Positions 1-8,888 of a stretch of 39,873 nucleotides of DNA are shown in pieces. The position numbers and the translations under genes are program-made. Numbering within the stretch: position 1 is the first letter of the stretch; every line of letters begins with the position of its first letter. The notes below the pieces were generated by a model. That model worked only from the letters and a program-made list of their open reading frames with translations. It made no database searches and had not been told where the DNA came from. The stretch is from a virus. Lineage: Duplodnaviria; Caudoviricetes. Location of the stretch: IMG/VR virus record IMGVR_UViG_3300030372_003757, positions 1 through 39,873 of that record. The stretch is one strand, 5' to 3'.

Positions 1-1020
1 TCCTCCGAACGGAGAAAACATAACCTCCGCTTTAGTAAACGGAATGTTTAGGCGAAGGCTTTCGCCAAGAGTGTCATCAAGTTTCGCCTTTGCAGTCGCC
101 GGAAGTTTATGCCTGACCATTGCAGATAAGATGTCGTCCCTCGACATATTATCTACGGGTTTACCGAGAATGTTCTTCGCGTAGTCTTTGAGCGCACCCA
201 TTTCCATGTTCCGGGTAGCGTCTTCAAGACCATCTGCAATGCCGCCACGACCCCACATTTCCTGAGCTTCATCTACGTCTAAGAGCTGCTTGTAAATTGG
301 GTCGTCTACATTCTTGGCACCAAGGCGACGAAGCTCTGGGTCTTCAAGAAACATTCTTGGAGTCACTTCTCTCCGAGCCTGCCTTGGGCCTATTTCAGCA
401 AGGGGCCTCCCCAATTCATCTAGCTCAGTGGCACCGCCAACAGCAGCGCGGCGAGCCTCGTCTGCCTGGAGCATCTTCGCTCTTTTTAATACACCGGGGG
501 CTTCGGCAAGCAAGCCGGACCTGTGGATGGCACGGCCAACAGGCTTTAGCGTAGAAAGACCCTTGCTTACAAGAGGAAGGGCAAAGCCGGTGGCATAAGT
601 GAGCGGGTCTAAAAGAACCTCTGCACCGAAGCCGCCAAAGTCAGCAGCCTCCCATGCGTCGGGGTCATTGGGGTCAGTCATGCCCCACTTAGTAAGAAGC
701 TCTCGCCCTGTGACTCTACCTTTATGCGTAGTCCAGTTCCAAGGAAGGAGCTGGTCGAATGGGTTTTCCCCCGCAAGAGTATCCCTGACCATAGAGCCAG
801 GGACATCTAATATATTTCCAAACGATGACAGGGCACCAAGAGAAGCACCCCCTAATTCCTCCAGCCAGCTTTGATCCTGAACAGGAGTAAGTTCTTCTGG
901 GATACCTATGTAGTCACGCAGCCACTCAGCCCTAGACTGTGTAGCGCCAGCCCTGCTCCTGGGTATTCTTATTCCCCCAGAGGACGACCCCGTACCAGAA
1001 AACGGATCGGGTAAACCCAT
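1..1020 (-). CDS. N-terminal part of a large internal virion / ejection (polyvalent-type) protein, truncated at window edge
   Basis: Absent from the ORF track because it has no stop. Manual translation from ATG at 1020 is open for 340 codons to position 1 (MGLPDPFSGT...GFGAEVLLDPLTYATG...). The GFxxExLLDPLTY motif is typical of N-termini of giant phage ejection/polyvalent proteins; it is the last gene of the ejection cluster. Confidence 0.7.
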   Translation of the reverse strand, partial: MGLPDPFSGTGSSSGGIRIPRSRAGATQSRAEWLRDYIGIPEELTPVQDQSWLEELGGASLGALSSFGNILDVPGSMVRDTLAGENPFDQLLPWNWTTHKGRVTGRELLTKWGMTDPNDPDAWEAADFGGFGAEVLLDPLTYATGFALPLVSKGLSTLKPVGRAIHRSGLLAEAPGVLKRAKMLQADEARRAAVGGATELDELGRPLAEIGPRQARREVTPRMFLEDPELRRLGAKNVDDPIYKQLLDVDEAQEMWGRGGIADGLEDATRNMEMGALKDYAKNILGKPVDNMSRDDILSAMVRHKLPATAKAKLDDTLGESLRLNIPFTKAEVMFSPFGG

Positions 1021-1028
1021 AATTTATC

Positions 1029-3902
1029 CTACGGGTGAATGATGGGGCCGATGTAGTCGTCGTACCACCGACGACGTTCTTCCCGCTGGTCTGGAGTCAA
1101 CGCTTCGGGTGGAACGTCAAATTTAGGCCCCCAAAACCCTTCCTCATGGTCTGATACTGGCTTCTTCGCCATTCCGAATGCCTGATACAAGCGAATCTTT
1201 AGGTCTGAAAGCTCCTGTAGAGACTCTTTATCTGTACCATGCTTGGTCTTTCTTTTCCTTACAAGAACTTTATCCAAGAAGCTCTTTATATTCCTTGGTC
1301 CTTCCGGTGGAACGGCAGGGTCAAACTTGGTAGCGGGCTTGCCAGCCGTTCCAGTTCTAATGTGCCTCTCAAACATAACCGCAAGCTCTGGATCAGACTC
1401 AAGTGCCGTTACAATCGCGCGAAGATTAACAGTATCTTCTTCTACTGTCCGGCCTTTACTTAAATATCCAAACTGCTTTTCAAGCCCTATCGCATCGGTT
1501 GAAGGCGCAACACCTTCTTTCTTGCCGGTGGCAGGGTCTATCATTTTAAGCGGTTCAGCTTTGGGCTCGCCTTCTTCTGTTACGTTGGGGGCTTCTACAA
1601 ACTCATTGCCCTCTGCATCAACAGCAACACCTTCGCCTTTAATTGTATCAATCATCCGGTGAAGTGGAGTCTTGTACTTGTCGTCATGCCTTGGGTCTAC
1701 GTAAGGCGCTGGCCCAGCGTGGATGTCTGATGTTAGCCTGAGATATTCTTTCTCGGACTCAGTTGCTTTTTTCTTTAGTGCAATTATGGCCTCTTTAGCG
1801 GCTAAAGCCCCTTCTTTGTCTCCTGAGTCAATCGCAGCACTCTGCTCTGCAATCAAGATATTCATATTTGTCTTAAAGGCCCCGCCGTTCCACCTCCATT
1901 CGGCCACCATCTTTTCTTCTTCTGTCAGCGGGCGAGGCTCTGTCTTCTTCGTTTCGTGCAAGGCTTCGTACTTGCGATACTCACCCCAATTAACAGTACC
2001 GTTCTTGTTATTAAATGCACCCATTTTTAAGAGGCGCATCGGGTGCGTCCTGTCCGTCTGGCCTGTCTGGAGAGAGTGAAGCTCATCCATTTCAATCTCA
2101 GTAATGTAACCGCCTTTTTTCCTGAGCTTCTTTATGCGGCTGTCAACATTGCGCTGCCTCTTTTTCTCGGCAAGGTTTTCGTAGTAAGGCAGGTTGCCAC
2201 GAACCCTCTCCATGTTAGCCTTGAGCCGATTGTCCTTGTCGTACCGCTGCTTCTGGCGGTGGCTCCACTTCTTAACTTCCCGCCATGTTCGCGGGTCAAC
2301 GACTACAAACTTATTGGCCCTGGGACTAAAGGTAACGATCCCATCGTGATACCGTGCCATATCGTACAGCTTCTCGCTTGCCCCTTCTGCGTCCAGGCTG
2401 GACAAGTCTGAGCCAGCAGCAAGATTTTCCTGAACAAACTCCTTGTGGATAGTAGCTCGCTTCAAGTAGAAGCCTCGCCCAGAAAGCCTTTTCTCTTTTA
2501 CTTCGCCATTCTTATCTACAACGGTTCCTTCTTCCTCTGACAGTCTGGCATCTACCTCGGCATTAACGGGCTGGTCTTTCATGTCTGCCAATATGCCATT
2601 GGCCTTAGTAACAGTCGCAGCTTCATCCTTGGTGAGTCGCCTTGTTAGTTCGCCGCCTGCCCCAAGTAAAGTAAGGGTTGTAGCTATTTTCCCCCAATTA
2701 TCCTTTAGCCAACCTGTTCTGGTTGCCTTGGGGCCGGTAAGCATTAAAGGATTGCGCATGTGATCCATCGGCCCTCCAGAGCGAGGAATGCCAGCTTGTT
2801 TAACGCGCATAGGAATTTCGAGTATTTTCGCAAGCTCTGCCAGCTTGGACAGTGCTGCTTGCTGTGTTGCAGGGTTTGCAGACGCAAGCTCAGCGGCAGT
2901 AGGAGTGTGCCCTCCCTTGCCTGGAACAATCCTCTTGGGAACTGCTTTGTCGCCTCTAAATCCTATAGGCGTTCTCTCGCCTTTAGGCGCTTGTGTCATT
3001 CTTGTTGGTTTGCCGCTGATTGGATGCGGCTTTACCACCACCCTCTCCGGAGTAGCCGGTGTAGTCGCAGCAGTCCCCCTGCCCACACGAATCAGGGTGT
3101 CTACCCTTTGCGAAAGCGGGGGCTTTGCTGGCGGGACTGCAGGGCGGGGGAAATCCTTTACGGAGCCTGTTACCGTATCGCCCCGCCCTCCGCCCAAAGC
3201 GTGGCGCAATCGCTGGGCCCCTAAAGTAGACTGTCTGCCAGTGATAGCCGGAAGGTTTACACCAGCACTATCACCTTTGGTAACTCCAGGGCCTCTAGGC
3301 CCCGGAGCAGGTCCCGGAACATTTGCCGTAGCACCACTGCCATGCACTGGCCTTCCCGCCTGTGCGCCTGGAATGTTTTGTGGAGTCTCAAGACCCCTCT
3401 GCTCAGCAGCGCGGGCTTTTGCAGCAGCAGCTTCTTGTTGGGCTTGTCTAGTTCTTGCTCGCCGCAAGCCCCTGGCTGTTCTAGCAGCGGTGACTTGCTG
3501 CTTTGGCATAGTCGATCCCCTTGGTGGTACATTTACGGGGCCACCCCTAACACCACCACCTTTGAGCGTTGGCCTCGCTTTAGGGCCAGGAATGGCTGCT
3601 AAAGCAACATTTACCCCGCCCTCTTTAATGTTTCTCCCAACACTGCGTTCTGGACTAAAACCGATGCCTTTAGAAATAGCATCTTGCAGAATGTGGGATG
3701 GCATCAGCCACCAAGGAGTATCAGCGAGAGAATGTTTACCGGAGTGTCGCGCTTTGGCTGCGCGCCAGTCTGCGTCCCAACCCAACCAACCAGCAAGACC
3801 TTCCTTTGGGGGACCTGCCGCAATTATTGCAGCATCAAGCCTTCTCTGTTGAGCAGCGGCATCAGCAAACTCACCCTCATAGCTTTCTGGTATTTGTGCC
3901 AT
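1029..3902 (-). CDS. Putative internal virion / DNA ejection protein (957 aa)
   Basis: Long ORF packed 8-9 nt from its neighbours; Gly/Ala hydrophobic patches (GGVNVALAAIPG; IATTLTLLGAGG), Pro/Arg-rich linker and helical C-terminal half; lies downstream of the tail genes. Confidence 0.55.
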   Translation of the reverse strand: MAQIPESYEGEFADAAAQQRRLDAAIIAAGPPKEGLAGWLGWDADWRAAKARHSGKHSLADTPWWLMPSHILQDAISKGIGFSPERSVGRNIKEGGVNVALAAIPGPKARPTLKGGGVRGGPVNVPPRGSTMPKQQVTAARTARGLRRARTRQAQQEAAAAKARAAEQRGLETPQNIPGAQAGRPVHGSGATANVPGPAPGPRGPGVTKGDSAGVNLPAITGRQSTLGAQRLRHALGGGRGDTVTGSVKDFPRPAVPPAKPPLSQRVDTLIRVGRGTAATTPATPERVVVKPHPISGKPTRMTQAPKGERTPIGFRGDKAVPKRIVPGKGGHTPTAAELASANPATQQAALSKLAELAKILEIPMRVKQAGIPRSGGPMDHMRNPLMLTGPKATRTGWLKDNWGKIATTLTLLGAGGELTRRLTKDEAATVTKANGILADMKDQPVNAEVDARLSEEEGTVVDKNGEVKEKRLSGRGFYLKRATIHKEFVQENLAAGSDLSSLDAEGASEKLYDMARYHDGIVTFSPRANKFVVVDPRTWREVKKWSHRQKQRYDKDNRLKANMERVRGNLPYYENLAEKKRQRNVDSRIKKLRKKGGYITEIEMDELHSLQTGQTDRTHPMRLLKMGAFNNKNGTVNWGEYRKYEALHETKKTEPRPLTEEEKMVAEWRWNGGAFKTNMNILIAEQSAAIDSGDKEGALAAKEAIIALKKKATESEKEYLRLTSDIHAGPAPYVDPRHDDKYKTPLHRMIDTIKGEGVAVDAEGNEFVEAPNVTEEGEPKAEPLKMIDPATGKKEGVAPSTDAIGLEKQFGYLSKGRTVEEDTVNLRAIVTALESDPELAVMFERHIRTGTAGKPATKFDPAVPPEGPRNIKSFLDKVLVRKRKTKHGTDKESLQELSDLKIRLYQAFGMAKKPVSDHEEGFWGPKFDVPPEALTPDQREERRRWYDDYIGPIIHP

Positions 3903-3911
3903 GATTTACTC

Positions 3912-5987
3912 CTACTGTACGCCGCTGTGCTGGAACTTAAACTCTTGCTGATAAACTCTGGTTGCCATTTCCCTGGCTTCACCGCGAGAAAAGCCCATGC
4001 CAACGTATTCTTCAAACGCAGCGTTGCTCTTTTCTAAAGCAATCTGAGCTTTCTCCGCTGCAGTAGAACCCCTACCAGCAGCATCTAAAATTCTCTGTCG
4101 AGTAGCGTAGCCAGTATTTTCATAAGTACCGCCCGGCCTGTAGATACCGGCCTCCTCTTGTTTATCAAGGCGGTCAATTTCATTGGCCATTGACCTCTGG
4201 TGATTAGGGCCAACCCTTTTCATTAAAGCCTTGCGGCTTCCAGGGGTCCTTCCGTATCCGCTTCCAAACACCCCTCCACGACCATAATCAACCTCGCCCC
4301 GGAGATAACGCTCGTTCTTTTCATCTTGGGTCAATGGACGGTTCGGGTTGTTTCGGTTTATTTCGGCCTGCTTCCGAATATGGTCATGCCTCTTTTTCCT
4401 CTCGGCCTCTACCGTTGGCTTGTGTCGGCCTCGCCTATCGAACTCTCCCTTTTGTGCTATGTGCGGAGCGCGATCACCCCTCTCAGCGTGTTGTTCGTAG
4501 ACCTGGGTTATTGCTTCATTTACAACTTGCGATACCGTTGCATGATCCCATTTCATCTTCCCTGGATTCTTGGGATTTTTAGGATCAAGGACGCCCATCT
4601 CTGCCATTTTAATGCGTTGGTAAAATTCGCCAGCCTTGTTTTGGAGAAGGTCGTTTATCTGTCTCCAGTAAGCCCTCGGAACACCAAGTTGTTCAAACAT
4701 TTCAGGCTTAATGTAGTGCTCTCCCTTGTTCCCGTAGGCTCTCGGGTTTTTTATGTGGTGTGTCGAAGTATGCAAAAGAGGCGTGTGGACTACGTTCGGA
4801 GTGTCAGGGTCGTTGTCATGGTCAATACCCTGGGATAAGTAGTCTGGTACGTGCTCCGTTCTTTTAAGCACGTTAAGGTCGCCCTTCTCTACAAACTGTC
4901 CCTTGACAACCCGAGATTCTTCTACCATTTCCGCAATGTTTTTGTAGCCAAGTCCTTGTGCCTGCTTGGTAAAGGCATCGAACGCAGTGTCACGCTCCTG
5001 TTCGGACCACACTCCATCATTATTGGCGTCAAACTTTGACAACTCCCCCCTAAGCTGAGTGTTTTGGGTTTTGCTCCAAAGCTCGTCAAGGTAAGCATCC
5101 CTCAAAGGACCGCCTACTTCTGGTGCTCCGGTTTCAGGGTTAATGTTGACGAATGGACTGGTGAGTAATGGGGACCCAGGAACTAGATTTGGGCCAGGCG
5201 ATTCATCGGGAATGCCAAACTCAGAAAGGGGAGGTGCTTCTTTACCGGGAGCAATGGGCTCTCTTGGCGCAAGGGGCTTGGGCCTTGCTTCTTCCACCGG
5301 CTGCTCGGCAACCGGATCAACAACAACTGGTCGGCCAGGGTCTTGTGTCCTGTCGTTTGCGTCGGTTTCTGCGCGTAATCTTGCTAGGTCCTCATCGGTA
5401 AGAGGGTGCGGCCCTGGCTCCGGCATCGTTTCAGCCGGTACCAAATGGCCGCTTGGGTTAGGCACTAAAGGAACGGGCGCATCAGCCGGAGGCCCCGCCT
5501 GACCAGCAGGGGGCGGTGTCCACACAATTTCACCTTCACCGTTTACAAGAACGGTTTGGCCGTTCATTACAACTGGCTTTACGCCGGTGCCTTGGCCTCC
5601 CGCCACCACAGGGCCTTCTTCCTGAATCGGAGGAAGTGGCATCATTGATCGCTCAGGGAACTTCTCCCCAAAGAAAGTATCTGGGTCAGATATATGCTGC
5701 AAGACTTCTCTGCCAGCAGCCATTGCGCGAGGCGAATCCGGGATCGCAAACTGCTCTGCCATTTTAAGGTCGTTTACATAATCAGCCAGCAGACCCCCAT
5801 CTTCATTTATATCAACGGCATCGGGAGTTGGTGCTGTCGGCGCTACTGGAGTTGGAGCAGCCGCTTTAGGAGCAAGGGGCTTCCGGTAATTTTTCCCAGG
5901 AAAAAGTCTTGGCGCAATACCCCGTCGCCCCAAGCCACCGCCACGGTCATACCTTCGTTGCTGCCTTCGTTGCCTTCGCGTTGCCAT
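3912..5987 (-). CDS. Putative internal virion / ejection protein (691 aa), Arg-rich N-terminus and Pro-rich linker
   Basis: ORF in the ejection cluster; starts MATRRQRRQQRR; contains an EF-hand-like loop (DANNDGVWSEQE). Confidence 0.5.
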   Translation of the reverse strand: MATRRQRRQQRRYDRGGGLGRRGIAPRLFPGKNYRKPLAPKAAAPTPVAPTAPTPDAVDINEDGGLLADYVNDLKMAEQFAIPDSPRAMAAGREVLQHISDPDTFFGEKFPERSMMPLPPIQEEGPVVAGGQGTGVKPVVMNGQTVLVNGEGEIVWTPPPAGQAGPPADAPVPLVPNPSGHLVPAETMPEPGPHPLTDEDLARLRAETDANDRTQDPGRPVVVDPVAEQPVEEARPKPLAPREPIAPGKEAPPLSEFGIPDESPGPNLVPGSPLLTSPFVNINPETGAPEVGGPLRDAYLDELWSKTQNTQLRGELSKFDANNDGVWSEQERDTAFDAFTKQAQGLGYKNIAEMVEESRVVKGQFVEKGDLNVLKRTEHVPDYLSQGIDHDNDPDTPNVVHTPLLHTSTHHIKNPRAYGNKGEHYIKPEMFEQLGVPRAYWRQINDLLQNKAGEFYQRIKMAEMGVLDPKNPKNPGKMKWDHATVSQVVNEAITQVYEQHAERGDRAPHIAQKGEFDRRGRHKPTVEAERKKRHDHIRKQAEINRNNPNRPLTQDEKNERYLRGEVDYGRGGVFGSGYGRTPGSRKALMKRVGPNHQRSMANEIDRLDKQEEAGIYRPGGTYENTGYATRQRILDAAGRGSTAAEKAQIALEKSNAAFEEYVGMGFSRGEAREMATRVYQQEFKFQHSGVQ

Positions 5988-5997
5988 TTTTTTACCT

Positions 5998-6891
5998 TTA
6001 TACTTGAGCTATCTGTGGAGCCCTTGCCGTACCTGCAAGAGCCGATCCAATTCCCGAAGAAACTCCAGAAGCAGCAGGGCCAAGTATGCCTGCCGTCTGT
6101 TGAGCCAACTGCTGGCGAAGACCCATATCCATTTGAGATTGAAGTTGTTGTGCCTGCATATCATGCTGCAAGTTTTGACCAACCATTCCCTGCCTTGCTT
6201 GAAGTCCCTGTTGGGCTGCTTGGTTCTGCATTTGCTGATACATATTCCCCATCATTCCACCTGTGCCAAATGGACCACCAACGGCAGACTGCCCTGGGGC
6301 AGTTAGCTGATTCATCATTTCCGCTTGGCCTGGAAGATTTATGATTGGATTAAACTGCGCCTGGAACTGCTGCTGTTCTCCAAACAGTGGGGCATTTAGC
6401 CCTGGGCTATTATTAACAGCCCCCATCAACTGTCCTGTATTTACTGTCCCCGGATTCGAGGGCAGCGTGGCAGGTTGAGCACCTTGCTGCTGCTGAGCAA
6501 CTTTCTGTTGGTGCAATGTCTGATTGGTGCCTGGAGCCTGCATACCCATAGTTCCCTGCATGGTGCCGGGGTTTATCTGCGGCTGCTGCTGTCCTCCATG
6601 AAATGTATTTGGGTCAGACACCTTAATTGGTGGTGCAGGAGGGTTGGTTCCGGGACCGCCAGGGCCCTGAAAGAGACCCTTTAGCTGCTGCACCATTTGT
6701 GCTTGTTGCCCTGGGTCCATTTGACCCAAAGCCTTGCCCATGTTTGCGATGCTGCCAAGACCCTGAAACTGGTCTCCACCTCCAAACAAGTCGCCAGCTT
6801 GCTGCAATAATTGCTGCCTTTGCGCAGCAGGCATTTTTTCGAAAAGTTTCTGAGCCGCAAGGAAAGCGTTATTTTTTCGCTTTTTAGCCAT
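5998..6891 (-). CDS. Gln/Gly/Met/Pro-rich putative ejection protein
   Basis: Track ORF 5998..6912; likely start is ATG at 6891 (MAKKRK), immediately after the upstream stop. Gly/Ala-rich C-terminal tail (AGILGPAASGVSSGIGSALAG) resembles pilot/ejection proteins. Confidence 0.55.
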   Translation of the reverse strand: MAKKRKNNAFLAAQKLFEKMPAAQRQQLLQQAGDLFGGGDQFQGLGSIANMGKALGQMDPGQQAQMVQQLKGLFQGPGGPGTNPPAPPIKVSDPNTFHGGQQQPQINPGTMQGTMGMQAPGTNQTLHQQKVAQQQQGAQPATLPSNPGTVNTGQLMGAVNNSPGLNAPLFGEQQQFQAQFNPIINLPGQAEMMNQLTAPGQSAVGGPFGTGGMMGNMYQQMQNQAAQQGLQARQGMVGQNLQHDMQAQQLQSQMDMGLRQQLAQQTAGILGPAASGVSSGIGSALAGTARAPQIAQV

Positions 6892-6892
6892 T

Positions 6893-7630
6893 CTATCTAA
6901 TCCCCATTCCACCGTATTGTGGATTGTTCATCGGTGCTGCTGGCTGTTGACCCATCGCTGGTGCCATTCCCATAGGCCCTTGCATGGTGCCAGGGTTAAG
7001 CGGCTGTTGCGGCTGCTGGCCACCGAAGAACGTACCTGGGTTATTCACGCGAATAGGTGGCTGCATTCCCCCCGGCATTGAAGGCTGGCCCATCACTCCT
7101 GGTCCTCCCGGCATTGGGCCAGTTGGTATTCCCGGCTGAGGGTTTCCGGGCAGCGGCATTACTCCTGGCTGCGGCGTCAGTCCTGGCACTGAGTTTGGTG
7201 TGCCAGTATAGCCACCGGGCCCAGCAAAACCTAAATTAGCCAATAAACTCTGGATGTTAGCAGACGCATTATTCTGACTGCCCGACAAACCTTGCCCCGG
7301 CATACTGTTAAACGCATCAATTCCTGCCTGTCTCCCTCCAAGGCTACTCATATCAGTGCCAAGTATATTACCCATGCCATGCTGCAAATCCTGCAACTGG
7401 TCTGGGGTCATCTTTTGGGTAAGTTTACTTAACGCATTCATTGCCCTTGTGGGGTCTGCTTGCGCGCGGTTGCGAGTGTTGATCCTACTGCCTAGCCTAG
7501 CTCGGCGGTCTAGTCTTTTATTCCTCGTTTTTTGCGCGTGCGATGCCAAATTCCCTGTCGCACCGAGCTTTCCATCGGGATTATTGTTCCCTAAAAGCTG
7601 CTGCAACTGCTGCATTATAGCTTGATTCAT
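6893..7630 (-). CDS. Gln/Gly/Met/Pro-rich putative ejection protein, partial paralogue of 5998..6891
   Basis: TAATG-coupled to the upstream gene; shares the PPI(R/K)VxxPxTFxGGQQ...NPGTMQGxMGM block with the next gene. Confidence 0.55.
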   Translation of the reverse strand: MNQAIMQQLQQLLGNNNPDGKLGATGNLASHAQKTRNKRLDRRARLGSRINTRNRAQADPTRAMNALSKLTQKMTPDQLQDLQHGMGNILGTDMSSLGGRQAGIDAFNSMPGQGLSGSQNNASANIQSLLANLGFAGPGGYTGTPNSVPGLTPQPGVMPLPGNPQPGIPTGPMPGGPGVMGQPSMPGGMQPPIRVNNPGTFFGGQQPQQPLNPGTMQGPMGMAPAMGQQPAAPMNNPQYGGMGIR

Positions 7631-8826
7631 TAAACCATTCCTACTTGACCGGACATACCAAGTGCACCACCCAGGGCTTGACCAAGGGCACCAGTCGTCT
7701 GCCCGAGTGCTGTTGTGATTGGACGCTGTACTGCAAACTGGTTTGCCACCTGCGGGCTAAACTGACCAAATATATTCTGACCGGCAGTATTTAGTAGCTG
7801 GCCAAACTGACCAGCCGCTTGTTGGTTAAGTGCATTAGAAGCGTTGTACGCACCTTGCAGGCCACCTAAGCCGCCACCAGTCATGGCTCCCGCCTGACCT
7901 GGATTCACTGAAAGCGGATTCTGCATAGTGTTCAAAAGATTCATTGCAGTCGGCTGGGCCCTGCCTTGAGCCGCCTGAGCAATGATGTTGTTCATCCCAC
8001 CCATCTCTTGCACTAGGTTATTGAACGGGTTAGATACTTGATTTATCTTACCCATAATGCTGTCGGCCTGAGTCCCAAGGAGGCTGGCATGTTCCCCCAT
8101 TGTGGTTCGGCCTTCGGCAGCTCTCTCTCTTATATCTTCCCTACGCTGCGCACCTTCTTCTCTTGCCTTAGCAGCAATACTTCCAAGAGCTTGGTTTGAT
8201 CCCGGCCCCTCTGCTGTACCAAGTTCGCTTTTTATTCGGTCAGCCAGAGTCAGGCGTTCTTCTGCGCCGCGAGTTTCTTCCAGCTCTCTGGCTTCTTTGC
8301 CGCGAGTTTCCTCTAAATCCTCTGCATACCCGGCTTCTGTTCCCAAGATGCCTTCCCCAAAATTGTAGTCTCCAGATGTCCCGCCCATCTGAATGAGAGC
8401 TTCCAATGCAGATTGAGCTTGCTTTTGGTCGGCAGATTCTTGCTGGGTCTCTCTTTGCTCGACACCCTCGGCACCAATTTGCCCCCGGCCTGCCGCCTGG
8501 TGCTGACCTAAAAGGGTTATTGCGTCCATCATCTGTTTGTCGGATTGGGTCCATCTCTCCTGCTGCCCGCTTTCCTTTATCCCAGCCAGCTCTCTGTTCT
8601 TAGCAGCGGCTTCACGAATAAAGGCCGTGGCAGGCTCGGACAGGAGTTTGGCCATAGCCCCCAGGGCAGAGCTGTGGGTTTGGCCAAAATATTGGGCAAG
8701 TGCGTATGCACTCTTAGGGTCCAGGTCTTTTAGGACATTAGCGTCGAGACCCGTTAGCGTGTAATCGCCGGGGGTCCACTGCATCCCGGATATGTCGACC
8801 GATGGGCCCTTTAGATTAAATGCCAT
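7630..8826 (-). CDS. Putative internal virion / ejection protein with GxExRxT-like repeats
   Basis: 398 aa; degenerate helical repeats (EETRGKEARE/EETRGAEERLT, GQQERWT, GVEQRET) and a Gly/Ala-rich C-terminus (ALGQTTGALGQALGGALG); first gene after the fibre gene. Confidence 0.55.
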   Translation of the reverse strand: MAFNLKGPSVDISGMQWTPGDYTLTGLDANVLKDLDPKSAYALAQYFGQTHSSALGAMAKLLSEPATAFIREAAAKNRELAGIKESGQQERWTQSDKQMMDAITLLGQHQAAGRGQIGAEGVEQRETQQESADQKQAQSALEALIQMGGTSGDYNFGEGILGTEAGYAEDLEETRGKEARELEETRGAEERLTLADRIKSELGTAEGPGSNQALGSIAAKAREEGAQRREDIRERAAEGRTTMGEHASLLGTQADSIMGKINQVSNPFNNLVQEMGGMNNIIAQAAQGRAQPTAMNLLNTMQNPLSVNPGQAGAMTGGGLGGLQGAYNASNALNQQAAGQFGQLLNTAGQNIFGQFSPQVANQFAVQRPITTALGQTTGALGQALGGALGMSGQVGMV

Positions 8827-8888
8827 GAAAATAATCCCTTGAAGTAGAAGGAAAGGCTATTATCTCACAAATTTCAAGTTGATGGTAT

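Noticed and set aside
297-874. Plus-strand ORFs of 85-94 aa
   Set aside because: Antisense shadows of the open minus-strand gene starting at 1020.
2788-3852. 354-aa plus-strand ORF
   Set aside because: Lies wholly antisense to the 957-aa gene in a Pro/Gly/Ala-rich stretch that naturally lacks reverse stops; no motif or SD.
4980-5040. EF-hand-like loop DANNDGVWSEQE as a calcium-binding domain
   Set aside because: Single unpaired loop; not enough to assign function.
8827-8888. Possible promoter or hairpin in the gap before the ejection genes
   Set aside because: Only a weak TG-n-GATAAT and a 6-bp inverted repeat; no credible -35 or U-tract.
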